Assembly: GCA_002633005.1 (NCBI GenBank)
Contig: NMRA01000740.1
Span: forward strand, 1-35,975
DNA length: 35,975 nt
Source of the DNA: Phoronis australis
Lineage: Eukaryota; Animalia; Phoronida
Reading direction: 5' to 3'
Within the stretch, counting starts at the first letter, position 1, and each line of letters begins with the position of its first letter. Below, in pieces: positions 22,188 to 35,829 of this stretch. Below the pieces are notes generated by a model. That model was not told the origin of the DNA. It did not search any database and saw only the letters and a program-made list of their open reading frames with translations. Position numbers and translations under genes: made by a program.

Positions 22188-25100
22188 CTAACAAGACGAT
22201 CAACAAATCACAGCACGAAAAATAGCTTAGTTATGAATCCTTTCAGGTGTGTATGCAAAAATGTGCTCATTCATTCCCGTTAAACAAGTCATTAATCACC
22301 AACAAAATATTTGTGCCAAAGGTTATTACTTTTAAGCAAAGGGTTATCTAGAACCTGAAACGATTTCAATTCTAAGTCAAATATCCTAAAAAACTGTGCT
22401 TTGTCAAGCGTTAATGAAGTACATATTTTCTGAAAGGAAGAAGACCGATGATTCTAAAAATATGCTTGATTTTACTGTGTCTTTATTATTGTCACGTGAC
22501 CACGTTTTAAGTCATATTTTCATCTGCAAGAACGGTACATTCATAGCAAAGGAAACCCCCAGTCAAGTTTACTAAAACCTTTTTAAATGAAAACTTAAAG
22601 TTATGTCTCAAACACGGTATTATAATTTTCGCGTACCGAGTGATATAAGTATCAGACCGCTGTTTATAACAAAAATGTCTTGCGTTTTGCGAGTTAATTT
22701 GGCATAAAACCCGAATTCAGTGAATAATCAAAAATTCCTTACAGCGTTGTTGAGATATGACGTTAATTTTTCATAAAGGTTTTTGTAAAATCCGCTAGGT
22801 GGTGTTTCCGGAACGAATTTTTCATGTACGTAAGGGTGAGTTTTTGTGGAAGCTTACGGCTAATAAAAAGGGCTACGTGTCCTATATTTCTCGAGGGAGG
22901 TGGAAACTGATAATGCACCCGTGACAAACAAGCATGATTCGAACGCTCACAGCTCGATTGAGTTTTATAGATAGTGTTATCAAATCGTACATTCAAGAAT
23001 TCAATAATATCAGAAGTCGACGAAATAAGGGGAAGAAATATTTATATTGAGCTATGATAAGAAATGCCATTTTCCTCAAAATTCTGGTTCCACATTTTTT
23101 AATTAATGACACTAGTTAATTTCAATGAAATGTTGTCTTGGAGTCAAAACGTCATTCAATATATGTTTATAGTGATTACTAGAGTATAAAAGGACCTGAG
23201 CACTAACTTACATCCGTCGACAGACTAGTTCTGGAACTTATTGCGAATATACAATTTGTTCTCGATTACAGCATGATTTACACCCCGGGCCCGGGGTCTT
23301 ATCTTTATACTTGAAATTGAACTGGAAATTATTGTTGACAGTTTCCGTTCTATTTTTGTACGAATTCTAGAGCTGCATCTTAACTATACACGTGCACTAG
23401 TTTGCCGTTCATGACCCAAACGATCTAACCTCTATACTCAAAACCAAACTCAAAACTATTTTTGTCATTTTCTATTCTACGGTTTTGCCAACACAAGACA
23501 CGTTGCTCTTCTTCTGTGCTCGAGTACTTTATGGTTTTTGCATGTCATTTCTAGTCCAAGTTCGCAACTGATAACCCCTAAATTCGAGCTACAAACTTGA
23601 ATAGAAATTCGAGCAGAACACAACAATATATCACTCTCTTCAATGACTGACAGTGTTTTTGATTGTGTTAAGGAATGCATTTTGTGCCTATAGCGAGAAA
23701 TTTGAAGTACCTAAAACCACAATTTCCCTTCTTTCACAAGTGACCACTGCATATCACATCCGTGAATTCAAAATCCCAAAAGAGAGAAAACAGAAGCTAC
23801 GTCGACTGAAATTTTGTTAGTTCTACGGACACGAGTGTGAGGTACCAAAGAACTAGTACGTCATGTCCACCAACACGCGTCTTTCTTGCGAAAACGTGTG
23901 CCACATCCCCGCTTCTCCGATGTCTCGCAGGAAGAAGCTACAGTGTAGTAAAATACTATTGTCAAAACGATTGCAAATGCAATGCCTCGCCATTCCTTAT
24001 AATACCATAAATCACGATGACTTTTCACCGCCATTAAACACAATGTCGGATGACCAATACTTTGATTGGTTGTTGTGATTTTACGTAGTATGTATCGACC
24101 AATAAATCCTCTTAGCTCGAAACTAGATATTTAACATATCGACAGATGGTGTTTGCGGGTGTTTTAATTTGATAGATGACCGACTGGCGGGATTGATTTT
24201 GGCATCTTTAATATAAAGTTGATTTAAGTCGATTTTGATGCAATCGAAAATATGGAAATACCGATGGAAAAGGAAAAACGCAGTTTTACTTCATTGCCAG
24301 TTAAGATCTGCTGAGAAACAAATGAATATTTTCATTTCTTGCTGACGAAGTTACATCCCACAGTAGCGAGCATATTAGTTCCTAGCGTAGGTCATAGCAT
24401 TACTGAAGTGTACCCCGGCTGGTCCGCTACCTCCAACTTCGCACCTTACCCCCAAGTGATGTATTGGGTTCGGGAAGGCTCACAGTCACAGTTCAATTGA
24501 GGCAGACCCCAGCTCCCAGCTATCCGACTACGCAGGACCTAGTTAGGACTTATTCTCACTCTCCGTGAATTTTTGACACGGTTCAAGTGCGGTTCGCAGT
24601 TTACACCCCCCCCCCCCGTGGCGTGGGAGCCTGTACACGACTGGCAACACTCAGAGATGGTTTTGCCTTTGTGTGAGGTCGAAAACATTCTACATAATTA
24701 GGCAAGTTGACATACCTACGTATTTATAAATTCAAATAGTTGGTTCCCACTACAACTGATGAAAATCTGTTTCAATGCACAATGATGTTCACTTAAATTA
24801 AATATATTGAAATCAATACTCAACCGTTGGACGTGACTGTTAACAGCAACAGCGTTGCAAGCGTTAGTTCGATTGTAAACATAGTTCGTTGAGTTGTTTA
24901 CAACATAGTCCATAAAATCAAGCAACCCTTTACATACAGGTTTGGAATTCTGTACACTGAAACAATAGAATTTAGTGTCATCCAGACCACACTCGAATAG
25001 CACATCAAATATTAACCTGCATAAATCAAACTTTGGAATCGCGCGAAGACATGTTATTTTTTCATAATTTATTTTTATCATTCCACCATTTCATGCATTT

Positions 25101-26649
25101 TACCTAGCAGTGAATTCGTGAAGTAGGCTAACGCATTCGCTTAGTTCATTGACTGACAATTTATAAGTTGACTTCATTAGGTCAAACTCAATTCGCTTAT
25201 TTCCTATGACGTCATTTTGGCGTTTTGGACTCAGTAAAATAAAATTAAAATGTCAAAATTAAAAACAATAATAATAATTAGGCCGAATTTGTATAGAGTT
25301 GTAAATTACAAAGCCAGTGGGAAATTGTTACCTGTCCATGGACCTGGTCAATCTAATCTTAATTCTTCTCAACACCCAGGGAGCATGCAATTGGCGCAAG
25401 CGTTGTCGAAGCACATCGACTTGTCCAACCACATAATCTTGTAAAAATTCCAAGTGCTAAATTGTTGCTGTGGTTACCTGAACCGGACAAAATCCGAGAC
25501 CTGCACAATTTTGGAACTATGTGAATTAACATTCCTACTTTTGAGTCCATAACGCGTCGTTACAGTGGCAGATTTGTCATCAATAAACATCCGAATGAGC
25601 ATGAGATGGTAGCCGACTTCATTTGTTGTTGGTGAAAAGAAGCGAAACATAACTGTGTACAGAAAACCGTTTATGACTCCATAGATACATGTACCTAGGG
25701 GATTACATTTGACTAGTAATTGCAAACTCAACAAGCATCCTCCGGCCCCCGCGCTGGCAAATTCATCTGATTTATATCACATTCCTGAAATCTGGGGAAA
25801 TTTTCGATAGGTCCGTAACATTCGGGAACGTTTGCCTAGTAACGGAAGTCGGTGTGACAACAACGTCGTAGGAACAATAACGGACAGGCGATGCTGGCGA
25901 TTGAAGTCGTTCGTTCAACTAAAAGTTTGCGACATTTTACACTCTGTCCCAGAATTGTGTTTCTAAGGGATGGTTCCGACTCACAGTCATATGCTAAATG
26001 AACAGAGAAAGTCTATGTGTACTGTTTTAAGAACCCAATACCCATTGAATGTGACGAAACGTAAAAAATCCGGGCCGAGATCGCAGCCGAAGAGCGAGGA
26101 AATAAAAAATAAAAGGCTAGTTTTTTGTCCAATCCAATGATTTATTATTTTCGCCGTAACTCAATTCTGAATTACAACACACAGTCAGCCTTTAACTTCA
26201 GTCTAGTAGTCTGAGCTTTACTTTCTTTGTCACAACTACTCAAAAATAGACTAAATTTTACGAGGTTAAACAACATACTTTTCGACATACTGCCTACTGT
26301 TCTCAAATGTTAAAACCCAGTTAGAGCCGGTCGTTTTCCACAGCGATGTGCAGTCGCAGTGTGGCTATGGCAATGTTAGTCGTATAAAAGCTTAAACTAA
26401 ACAATTCTTTTAGTTTTTGCTATGATTGTTGGGTACAACTTCGTGGGGTGGATCATTTTGGTTGGGCATCGGTCAACAAGCGTCGATCACCGTTCAACCT
26501 GCCGGCCTCAGGTCACTCAGAACATAGTCAGAGTCAAATACATACGCGTGTACATGAAGTACGCCATTGAATTCGGGGAAACAGCCTATCAACGTGTAAA
26601 TTAAACTTCTTTGGTACTCGATTTTAGAAAGTGTTGGATAAGATATTGT

Positions 26650-28520
26650 CTGTTCCTTGATTATTTTTAAAGCTGACCAATTTTGGTGACTTGTCAGAGT
26701 TGCTCAGGGCTGGGATATACCTGCTCCGGTTGTTTTTGGACGTAATGGACTAGCAAAGTAATCCCAGTCGGCCATTTTGTAGTTTTGAGAGCTGTTACAT
26801 TCAGTTGATTATTTCTAAACGCCTTGGTAGATTTTGATGAAGCTTGGCACTGTAGTGGTAGTTACAGCTAAGATGTTGTTATTTTGCTCGGCGCATTGTC
26901 TTGGTTTTCTCGGCGTAGTGTGACGGCCAACTTGTCTGTCTGCATCCGAGAGTGCCATAGTCTTACGTTGAATGTCCTGCTGCCGGTGCGCTAGAAAGAA
27001 TAGGTTACCTGAAGACCCTAGGTGGTGAGTGTCCACAGTATACCAGGGACATGGGAAATGGTACAAAAATCCATCTTGCTTTATATCTGGCAAGAAGGTC
27101 TACTCCAGTCCATAATTCAGCAATTTCAACCTCAACGACCGATCACTTCAATGGTAGTCCTTTTGTCAGGTTTCGCTGCTCGAGAATACCTAAGAAACAC
27201 TTGCCTATGGTGACTTTGCGTAGTCATTGCGTGATTTCGCTTTTCTTGTAAAACTGTGTACGGAACGAATCCCAGAATTTTCCCGAAAAATCAAAGGCAA
27301 AATATTTTAAAAACGGTATTTTATGGAAATCCAGGGTCAACCAACTATGTCCCCCGAATATCTTAATCTATGACAGCTTTCGGAAGTGTTAGGAAATGTC
27401 CGATAGGCGTATGTTAGTCAAGCTCCGGTATCACGGGCTTAAGACAAATCGTGAGTTGTAAACTTAAGGTGGAATATAAAACATACTTCAGACAATCATA
27501 AACCTAACTTTGACTTCAGTTTATGGGTGTCTTAGCTGACCCACTGTTCTGGGACTGTTCTGGGAACAGGTTCTAAGTGTTTCAAAACAAATCTACCTGG
27601 AATGAGAAATTGGATAAAACTCATGTACCTTTTCCTAACCTCAAACCACCTACAATTTAACTGACACGATTGGCGCCAGCTGTGTTTAAAATCTTGTTTT
27701 CTTGCGTTTTCGTGGCTTTTGAAACAACGCACAAAAGTGATGCTTGTGTACAACCCTGAACCAGTCATACTAACATAGCAGTGTTTATCAATTTATTGTA
27801 CCAATTAGAAGCACGCCTGCATCACTTCGCAGTACAGAAAACAAATTACCTCTCCATAAACACTTTTATGATAAATACACTACAGTGTGTACATTATTTA
27901 CAATATTAATCTACTCCCAAATCTACACAGTCAATGGCATTCTAACTTGAAGGATCGAGTCGACTCCAGCACAGCCTGCATCTGTACATCCCCACGACGC
28001 CATGATACAACTAACAACATTGCCCGTCGTCAATAGCAACGTTGGTAAGAAGAATAAGATCGTATCTGGAGTAGGCCTACTCGTGTCTCCGTTAGAAGCT
28101 GAAACGTAGAAAACGTTCTATAAAATGATGGCCATTAGTTGCACTCTGGTTTGTTGACACCGGTGCGGACATTTACCGCCACGTTCAGATTTACAAAGGT
28201 CAAGCAATTGAAGCAAACAGTTGATATATACACTAGTCAATCTTCACGGGTTTTTGTTTACTGCCGGGGTACGTTGAATTATGAAGGCAGCAACCCTGAA
28301 ATGCATATTTGCAAGGCAGTAGGTTGACACTGCAGCCATTTTGACAGTACGCGATGACATTTTGATCGCAGGTGAAAAGATTGACATTTTTGACATTTCG
28401 GCAGTTGGTGAACATTTGAAGAGTTGGATGTTGGTATGTTAGCGGTGGGTGCTGCGGTTGACGCTGTTGCCAACTTGGAGACAGGTGCTGTTTCTGACTC
28501 AGTTGCCTATGTTTATGCAC
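26650..28520 (-). mobile_element. Heavily decayed LINE relic (Cys-rich ORF1-like region upstream of an APE-endonuclease-like region); boundaries approximate
   Basis: PKCQKCQSFH and VCFNCLTF knuckle-like remnants (about 28150-28400), a GDFN-like remnant near 26970 and YKMADWDYF (cf. NYKKADW) near 26770. Confidence 0.4.
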
Positions 28521-28846
28521 TCACAAAACCTTTAGTTTTCGCATATAGTCCGTTTTAATGGCGTGTACGTGCGACACCAGATAATTTTAGACAGTTTCAG
28601 CTACTGCACCACCCATGTTGCCGTTTTAGAGTTTGGTAAGATATTCACTGTCTCATAACGTGGAATTGTCGTGAGGACTTGACAGGGACTTCAGGGGTCT
28701 CACGCTCCACAGGTTTATCTACATTGAAAAGGCTTTGTTCAGTCATGCGTTGTCACAAATTGAGATAATGCAAGTCATGTTTCTTCAGGCAGCTCTTATC
28801 ACCAAACCATCGGCTTCACGGGCAATAAAATGTAATCAGCCGAATC

Positions 28847-28887
28847 AGACCGTCCGGAGTTGCCAATGGGGCAACTCCGGACGGTCT
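28847..28887. repeat. Perfect 18-bp-stem hairpin
   Basis: agaccgtccggagttgcc-aatgg-ggcaactccggacggtct. Confidence 0.9.
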
Positions 28888-28910
28888 CTCACGAGGATTT
28901 AACCTTATGT

Positions 28911-29120
28911 CTTGATTATTGCTAAAAACTGACAATTTTTGGTGTCTTGGCTTAGTTGCTCAGAAGCCCCTGATCCACTCGTTTTTGGATTAAGTGGACC
29001 ATCTTCGTACTCCCAGTTGGTCTTTTTGTAGTTTTTGAGAGGTATCAGTGTTTCAGTTTATTGTTACTCAAAGCCTTGGAAGGTTTTGACAGAGATTGAG
29101 GCACTAGCGGCAGTTAACAC
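28911..29120 (-). repeat. Diverged second copy of 26656-26870 (LINE-like fragment)
   Basis: Alignable by eye (cttgattatt...ttttggtg...agttgctcag...gtttttgga...tcccagt...tttgtagtttt...gccttgg); encodes NYKKTNWEY. Confidence 0.6.
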
Positions 29121-29248
29121 TTATTTTCTGAGGTTGAAACGGAGAGTCAGCTTCAAACAAATCTCGCAAAACTTATTTTTTGTGAAGCATTGACTGGCAT
29201 AAGAGCTTTAAGGCAACTAAATTCCATATTATATTGAATCAAAAACGT

Positions 29249-29325
29249 ACAATCGCCGCACAAATGAAAAAGTTCGTATTAATTCGACGAATTAATATGA
29301 ACTTTTTCATTTGTCTGGCGATTGT
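29249..29325. repeat. Fold-back palindrome with 38-bp arms
   Basis: acaatcgccgcacaaatgaaaaagttcgtattaattcg-a-cgaattaatatgaactttttcatttgtctggcgattgt, about 3 mismatches. Confidence 0.85.
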
Positions 29326-30185
29326 CCATTTTTTATTGTATTATGGTCAAAAACAACATGTTATTGGAGATTGTCTAAAAATAGTTTTTCATGGAGATCG
29401 CCGGGAACATAAACGTTTCAGACGAAATATACAAATCGTGATGTTCAAGTACGTTTGCTCCGGAGTACGTATTGGATTTCTGTTGAAGCCTTTTAGTCTG
29501 TACACTCAACGTATATTAACGTATTAAAGACGTACTTGTATTCTCCTAACCATGATAATGTATAGCGGGGACTAAACGACAGTGGTATTTTAAAATAAAA
29601 TGCAGTTGTATAGTCCACTTGCGGGTTTATTCGAGGTTGTCGTAAACAGCCATGACGTCACGCGTGGGGGCAGAACCCGCCATATTTGCCACTGCGTTGT
29701 ATGCAGCCTCATTCGTCTCGCGTTTGATATTTTATTATTTTAAATGAAGGTCGGTGATTGTGCCGCAGCTTCGTCGGGGGTTATTAGATAGTGAAAGCAG
29801 AGTAGTGGTTCTAACTAATTTGACCAAGCAATCACAAAGAGATAAGGATTTAGCCTGAAAATTCCAATTTCAGTCAGGTCCGTGCTACCATATGAGACGT
29901 AATGCGTTTTAAAAAGTGTTTTGCTTACAGGTACATGCGTTTATACTTCAGTTGCACGTGCAGACGCCTGTTAAACCTGAAACTGTCGCAACTGCACAAA
30001 CTGTTTGCATTCACGTGCGGGCTCCGCTCTGCCCCAAAATTTTGTTCCTGGGTTTGCACAAGCTGAGAGGATGGGAGCCAAATCTTACCAGGTGTTCACC
30101 CTTACCACAAACTGCAAAAACTCGCACAAGACACACTCACAAACCAATACCACAGAACCTGAACTGTCACTTTCACCACAAACAA

Positions 30186-30187
<2 letters not shown>

Positions 30188-30221
<34 letters not shown>

Positions 30222-30280
30222 CCTGAGTCCGTCCGTCCGTCCGTCCCTCCCTCCCTCCCTCCCTCTCTCCCTTTCCCCCT
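30188..30280. repeat. Compound microsatellite (CT)n/(CCGT)n/(CCCT)n
   Basis: Read directly from the sequence. Confidence 0.9.
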
Positions 30281-30339
30281 ATAACACAACCCTTCCCTCT
30301 CCCTCTCACACTCTCTTCTGTCCCTTCCTCTTCACTTAC

Positions 30340-30381
30340 CGCCATCTTTTTCGTTTTCATTTTCAGTTGGTCTCGTTGGCC
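30340..30381 (-). CDS. Probable 42-nt linker mini-exon (phase 1-1)
   Basis: ttatttgcag|GG CCA ACG AGA CCA ACT GAA AAT GAA AAC GAA AAA GAT GGC G|gtaagt = GPTRPTENENEKDG; phase is compatible with both flanking exons. Confidence 0.6.
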
Positions 30382-31082
30382 CTGCAAATAACGAATAACG
30401 TATTTTGTCTAACTAACGACCCAATAAAACCAAAATCGAGATACTCAAACTCCCCATACACGGTAAGAAATGCCATGCACATCAGCTCCCTAACACGTTG
30501 GTCTATCCCAGGAGTGATGATTACGAATGCACCCTTGTTGTATATTACGTGCTTTGCTTTATCTGATGCTGTGCACAATAGAGAATCTGGGCACGTACAT
30601 TCTGAAAACAGGACAGAGCTGTAGTAGTGGGACTCGTAATCATTTCACTCGTAGTCAGGGAAGACTAGAGCGCACCATTCATAACTCTGCTGTTACTGAC
30701 TATATCATACAACATGGGAAAATGTCTTCATCTTGGGCATAAATTGGTAAATTGTGTGAATAAGGAGTCGCTACAATTTCACCTGGACACCTTGAAATTG
30801 TTTATTAAGACCCAATCCCCCAACCAGAGTGACCAACTCTCGCCGTGTTGTCCCACGATAAAACCCAACGCAACATTACTTTGAGAAGGATTACTGATGA
30901 AAGGATCCCAACAATTTAGTACATCTATTTTTGTCATCACTAAAAGGGACTCACGAAAGAATGTAGTTTCAAATGATATTATATTGTGTCAGATTTACTT
31001 TTTCCCACTTTTACCTAGATTATATGTTAATACAATGCACATGTATGTGCATGCATGCTCCTAACTTTGCTATTGTATAGCA

Positions 31083-31228
31083 CATGGGCGGCGCAGCACT
31101 GAAAAAAATGGGGGGCTAAGGCCCCCTCAACCCCTCTGTGGTGCACCGTCTATAAACCATGTGCGTCCTAGCACTGAAAATGTGGGGCTATAGCCCCCCC
31201 CCCAGACCCCTATGGTGCGCCGCCCATG
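31083..31228. mobile_element. MITE with 13-bp TIR and 5-bp TSD
   Basis: catgggcggcgca ... tgcgccgcccatg, flanked on both sides by tagca; internal duplication of agcactgaaaa..ggggcta. Confidence 0.75.
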
Positions 31229-31651
31229 TAGCAGGAACCAAACGACAATGCTATTTGAACATCATCTACGCTAAACAAAGTGCAATTGTTTTCACTGACC
31301 ACTTGTAAATGTGAAAACAACACATTCTGCAAATAGATTACCTTTGCATTAATGATGTAAATTGGAGACTCACATCTCCCGCATCATGCAGTGTCATTCC
31401 CTAACACCAAGTCACGATACTTGCAAGTCACGATTAAGTAATTTACGGCGGATCATTTTTCGACACAAAACTTGTTCTTAAAAATATTTTGCAATTTTCA
31501 ACGTGCTTCATATTCACGTCGTAGCTATATGTTGTGTTTCTAACTAATTTAACCAAGTAGTCACAGAGATAATGAATTAACGTGCAAGTTCTACTTTAAA
31601 ACCTGTCGCAAAGATATTCAGCCACATCGTGGTTCGAACTTAACACAGTAC

Positions 31652-31798
31652 CTGGGACAACACGTTCAACCGTTGAGACGGGAAGTGTAGGGACTGTAGG
31701 TGACTGCGATAATGATGACGTTGGTGGCGAAATAATACTTGTACTCGCTGCTATTTTGACAGTAGATGGTAGCGGTGTTGACTCTGGCAATGACATGT
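31652..31798 (-). CDS. Ser/Thr/Pro-rich (mucin-like) linker exon (147 nt, phase 1-1)
   Basis: ttttttacag|AC ATG ... CCA G|gtactg; DMSLPESTPLPSTVKIAASTSIISPPTSSLSQSPTVPTLPVSTVERVVP. Confidence 0.8.
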
Positions 31799-32899
31799 CT
31801 GTAAAAAAATTGATTCGGTTTTAAGCAATACGTCTTCGTTGTGGTTCTATGTGTTACTGGAACAAGCCGCCCACAAACGGTGATTTCGGCACAACATGTT
31901 GCATTAAAAATATAAAGCAAGGTATTGTGAACCTACATCGGTCGCTTTATTGCAAACGACAATGACGAGTTAGAAGTTTCTTCCACTATCTTTGAGTTAA
32001 AGGAATTGTAAGTACAATAATTAAAATTACTGTAATTAATTTAAATAGGAAATTTGAATTCCCAAATTTAAAATTAGCTGGAATAAAAGTGCAAGGACCT
32101 GTTTTAGTAAGAATTACCATTTTTGTACCAGCGTTTCCTGAGCTCTTTAAAACTCAGGTATCACTGCCACGACCAACAGCCCTCTTTATACAAATGAAGC
32201 GATGGGCCATTTGTTATTCAAACTGATACCTCCTCGAGGAAACTATCACAGATGTTAAGTTGAAGATTGCCAACTACACAACAGTTGATTTAAATCATAT
32301 CAGTTTTTATTCATCTAGCAAGAAGTGTAAAGTGAATTAGCTGGCTGCAGGGATTTTGTCACAGACTCATAGTTTCTTCCTGAGAATCACCTGTGCACAA
32401 TTGCCAGTGGTTTGTGAGGTCGGCTACATTCTCTCGAAGTCCACTCGAGGTTCAGAATTTACTCTTTTAGTTAGCCTTCGATTTAAAACTACGGTCACGT
32501 TTTAAGCTAATTCATATAAATCATTATCACCATTAGACTTGCATATAGTGTCACTGTCATCGATCATCCCGGGATCGGCTAACCAGTGAAGCCGAGATTC
32601 AGAGGTACGAAAACTAATTTCTTAGATAATCTGAATGTTCTGAAGCGACCCCGCACATGGCATATGTTTGTTATTAAGCGCTGGTTTCCCCATTTATTCG
32701 TTTTGAAAAAAGTCAGCAGTTTCTTGCCTAGTCCTCAGTAATCACAGGAAAGTATTTCGATCTTTTAGTCCACACTTGTTATATTATCTATATATAAAGA
32801 AGGGGGGGTAGAACGAATACGTTTTTTGGGGTAGCTCGTTCTAACGGAAGCTCGCCCCGGTTCTCAGACGCGCCACTACGTGGCGTGCCAGCTACCCTG

Positions 32900-33480
32900 G
32901 TAGGCTGTTGCCTCTCTGGTTCCCAGCGTGCCGCTACGTGGTTCGGTGACCGCGCCAGCACGCAGGTAATTTTCCTCAGTTTCTGATTGGCTAGTCAAAT
33001 TCTCAACAGGTAGCGCTTTACGCAAACAAACTGGCATGACTGATGGATTGAAGTGTAAATGTGGCCTGTTGTACAGACAAATCGGTGCTTAAAATTTATG
33101 TTCAGGATATGTGAAGCCTAGAAATTGTGATTGCGACTTTTCGGAATGCATCTTTCTACTGTCGATGTCTTTTGTTTACGATAGTGTCCTATATGAATAA
33201 CACACCGGTTAAATCGACCAGATATGTGCTTATTGTACATGTATGCGCTTCAAGCACGCGGCTCTTAAACATCACTGCGGAAACAAAACAGTTACTGCGA
33301 CGCCACTTGCATGACAAGGCTAAAAATCGTTCACAGTCCGCCATTTTTTCACGGTGTTGTAAAGCTAACTAATGACTGCCCGGCGAGGTTACATTGACCA
33401 ATGCTAAAGCGCGTGCCACTGCGTGACACCTGCGTGCTGGCCGGGCTAAGCACGCAGGGAACCAGCGAGGGCTGCTGCCT
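32900..33480. mobile_element. Degenerate inverted-repeat element; ends approximate
   Basis: ctggttcccagcgtgc pairs imperfectly with gcacgcagggaaccag, and gccagcacgcaggt pairs with acctgcgtgctggc. Confidence 0.45.
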
Positions 33481-33541
33481 GATCTTCGCTTGGGACCATT
33501 AAGTGACTGCTATTATTTAACTTACGTCATTACCAACGTAC

Positions 33542-33643
33542 CTGAGAAAGTATATGAAACATTGAAACCCCCAGCGGCTTCCTGGTGGTCCGTAACAAAC
33601 TCTAGAAAGCATTCTCCTCGTGATGTTGTGACTTCCACGCCAC
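33542..33643 (-). CDS. CUB domain C-terminal exon (102 nt, phase 1-1)
   Basis: ttcactag|GT GGC ... TCA G|gtacgt; GGVEVTTSRGECFLEFVTDHQEAAGGFNVSYTFS matches the CUB LxFxTD....GFxxxY motif. Not in the ORF track. Confidence 0.85.
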
Positions 33644-34544
33644 CTAGTGAACGGATTAGATAAAGCAACTGACTAAGATTGAGATCACATCTTATTCATT
33701 GGTCCGCTAGAAATAGTAATGTTGAGCTCGATCGTTGTAACTACGTGGTGAATAGTTAGCCCCATTGTTCAAATGCCACAATTCAATCTATAAACTGCAG
33801 TCTACACAAAACATGCGAACAGAATATCAATATAACAAACCATGGTTATATTTGATTGAAAGTAACACGTAACCTAAGTAGCTGCAAGTCTGCGAATTTA
33901 ACTGTCTGTATACAAAACTATAAGAGTATTTTTCCTCTTTCAGAAGGTTCAGAAGGAGGCATGTAGAGTTTAACTAGGGACTTGACAATATTTTGTCATT
34001 GACTACAAAAAGTTAGCAAAATTTAACAAAACGAAAGATTTGCGTTGGTACTACAACAAACTGCCATTGACATCAATTTTCACGCACGTTCAAACTCCGT
34101 CGTGTGCAATTCAAGTGCCCACCAACATTGTGGTGAAATGACTGGCTGAAACGTCATGCCAATGTACATATATTTTTGAGGTTAGAGTAAATAAACTTAA
34201 TCCTGTCAATTGGTAAGCAAAACAAAAAAAATGAAGTTCACTAAACAAACCTAATTCACCGACTCAGTGTTCTTTCTGAATATCCAATCTTCCATCAAGA
34301 CTAGGTGAATACTACATGTAGCACCAAATACTCTCAAAATAAGATTTCTCCAGAGGTTGTCATCTCAAGAAGGTTATGTTTATGTTGTAGCTCCCACAAG
34401 GTGTCAGTGCGCAGAGCGTGAAGTGTTGTACCTATTGATTTTTGGGACATTTTGTGAAGATTAAGTAGCCGGTTATGGCGTTATGTGGTGTGTAGTGGCT
34501 ATTGTGGGGGTCATGCCGTATGTGGGGTGTGTGTTGTGGATATG

Positions 34545-34697
34545 CACTAGAGGATCCAGGAGGTTCAAGTGGGTTCAGACACCCTCTTCCCTTAATCTTA
34601 GTGGTATCAAATCTAGAGTTTCTGATTGTTTACTTGGACCCCCTTTAAAGAAACCTTGATTCGTCCCCCCTTTTTAAAATTCCTGGATCCGCCCCTG
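34545..34697. mobile_element. MITE with imperfect TIR and 5-bp TSD
   Basis: cactagaggatccagga ... tcctggatccgcccctg, flanked on both sides by atatg. Confidence 0.7.
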
Positions 34698-35036
34698 ATA
34701 TGGTGGGTGATGTCGTTCTGTGGGGTGTTGAGGGGACTGTGAGGTGTCTTCGTTCTGTGAGGAGTTGTAAATATAGTGGGGACATATTCCTTGGGGTGCT
34801 GTTTAGATTGTTGTGTGATTTTGTGCTATGGGTGGTGTTGCGAATATTGTGGGCGATACCATTTCGTGCGGCATGTGTAGGGGATGAGTGATTTCATTTC
34901 GTACGGCAGTTATGGGGATTGTGAAGCGATTTTGGGGTGATTGTGGTAGTGGTGTCCCATGGGCTGTTACAGAAATAGGTGTGGCGAAATCTGTGGGTGG
35001 TTGTGGCCTCTGTATGCTTCCAGCTGTTTGACTTAC

Positions 35037-35205
35037 CCTTTACTTTTCCGTACCAGTTGGCAAGCCTTGTATCAGTTTCTGACAGTCCATCATACACTTT
35101 TAATACGTCCCTCCCCTCATTTGGCGGTGTGTGAAATTCTGTAAGTGACACAGCTAATAATTTATAGTGTTGTTCATCGGTGATTTTACATCTCCCTGTG
35201 ATAAT
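35037..35205 (-). CDS. CUB domain central exon (phase 0-1; an alternative phase-1 acceptor at 35138 is possible)
   Basis: gttattttag|ATT ATC ... AAG G|gtaagt; IITGRCKITDEQHYKLLAVSLTEFHTPPNEGRDVLKVYDGLSETDTRLANWYGKVK contains the CUB FxT...DxLxVYDG.......L..xxG motif. Confidence 0.8.
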
Positions 35206-35829
35206 CTAAAATAACACAATCCCTTGAAAAACAAAAATTTCAACAACTTTACATTTTTCATGGAATCCCAGACCTTTACATACGCATCATTTTGTAGGCT
35301 GACTTGTACAGATTTATTACTTATTGGGTTCGATAGAGCTTTTCTCTCACAACTGATCTTGGGCGGTTTCATTCACGATGGATTACGTACGATAATCACA
35401 GACAGATAAGTTAACCCCACGTAAAGAAAATTCAAATATTTACTAAAAGCCCCAGACTTAATTTAATAGGGAAGTTGGCACCGTATATCTCGAAAAATAA
35501 GGCTTGGCGCTCGAAAAATCGTACGTGCACGAATCTTTAATTTAAGTTCAAGTCGTTAGCTTTCGGCGGTCGCCTTTAAACTGAGTGACAAATTTATTCT
35601 ATCATTCAGCTAAACCAATGGCTATTGGTGGGTGTGAATTCGTTGTGTTTTGACAAAAGATCACCAATTACAGTAAATTAAACTAAAGATATTAACCACC
35701 ATGAAACTAAGACTGTACTTTTAATTGTCATCTCAGTAGCAAACATGTTCTTATTTATTTACGCATAGTATACTGGGGAACCCAATGTTCGTCCGCCTAA
35801 GCATAAAACCGACTTGCTGTTGTACTCAC

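Noticed and set aside
22330-23105. Possible TTAA-flanked MITE
   Set aside because: Terminal inverted match is too weak to define the ends.
30770-30860. tgtccag|gtgaaat donor-like match to the end of the TSP1 exon at 21615
   Set aside because: No TSP1-like or otherwise convincing open frame or acceptor upstream; probably chance.
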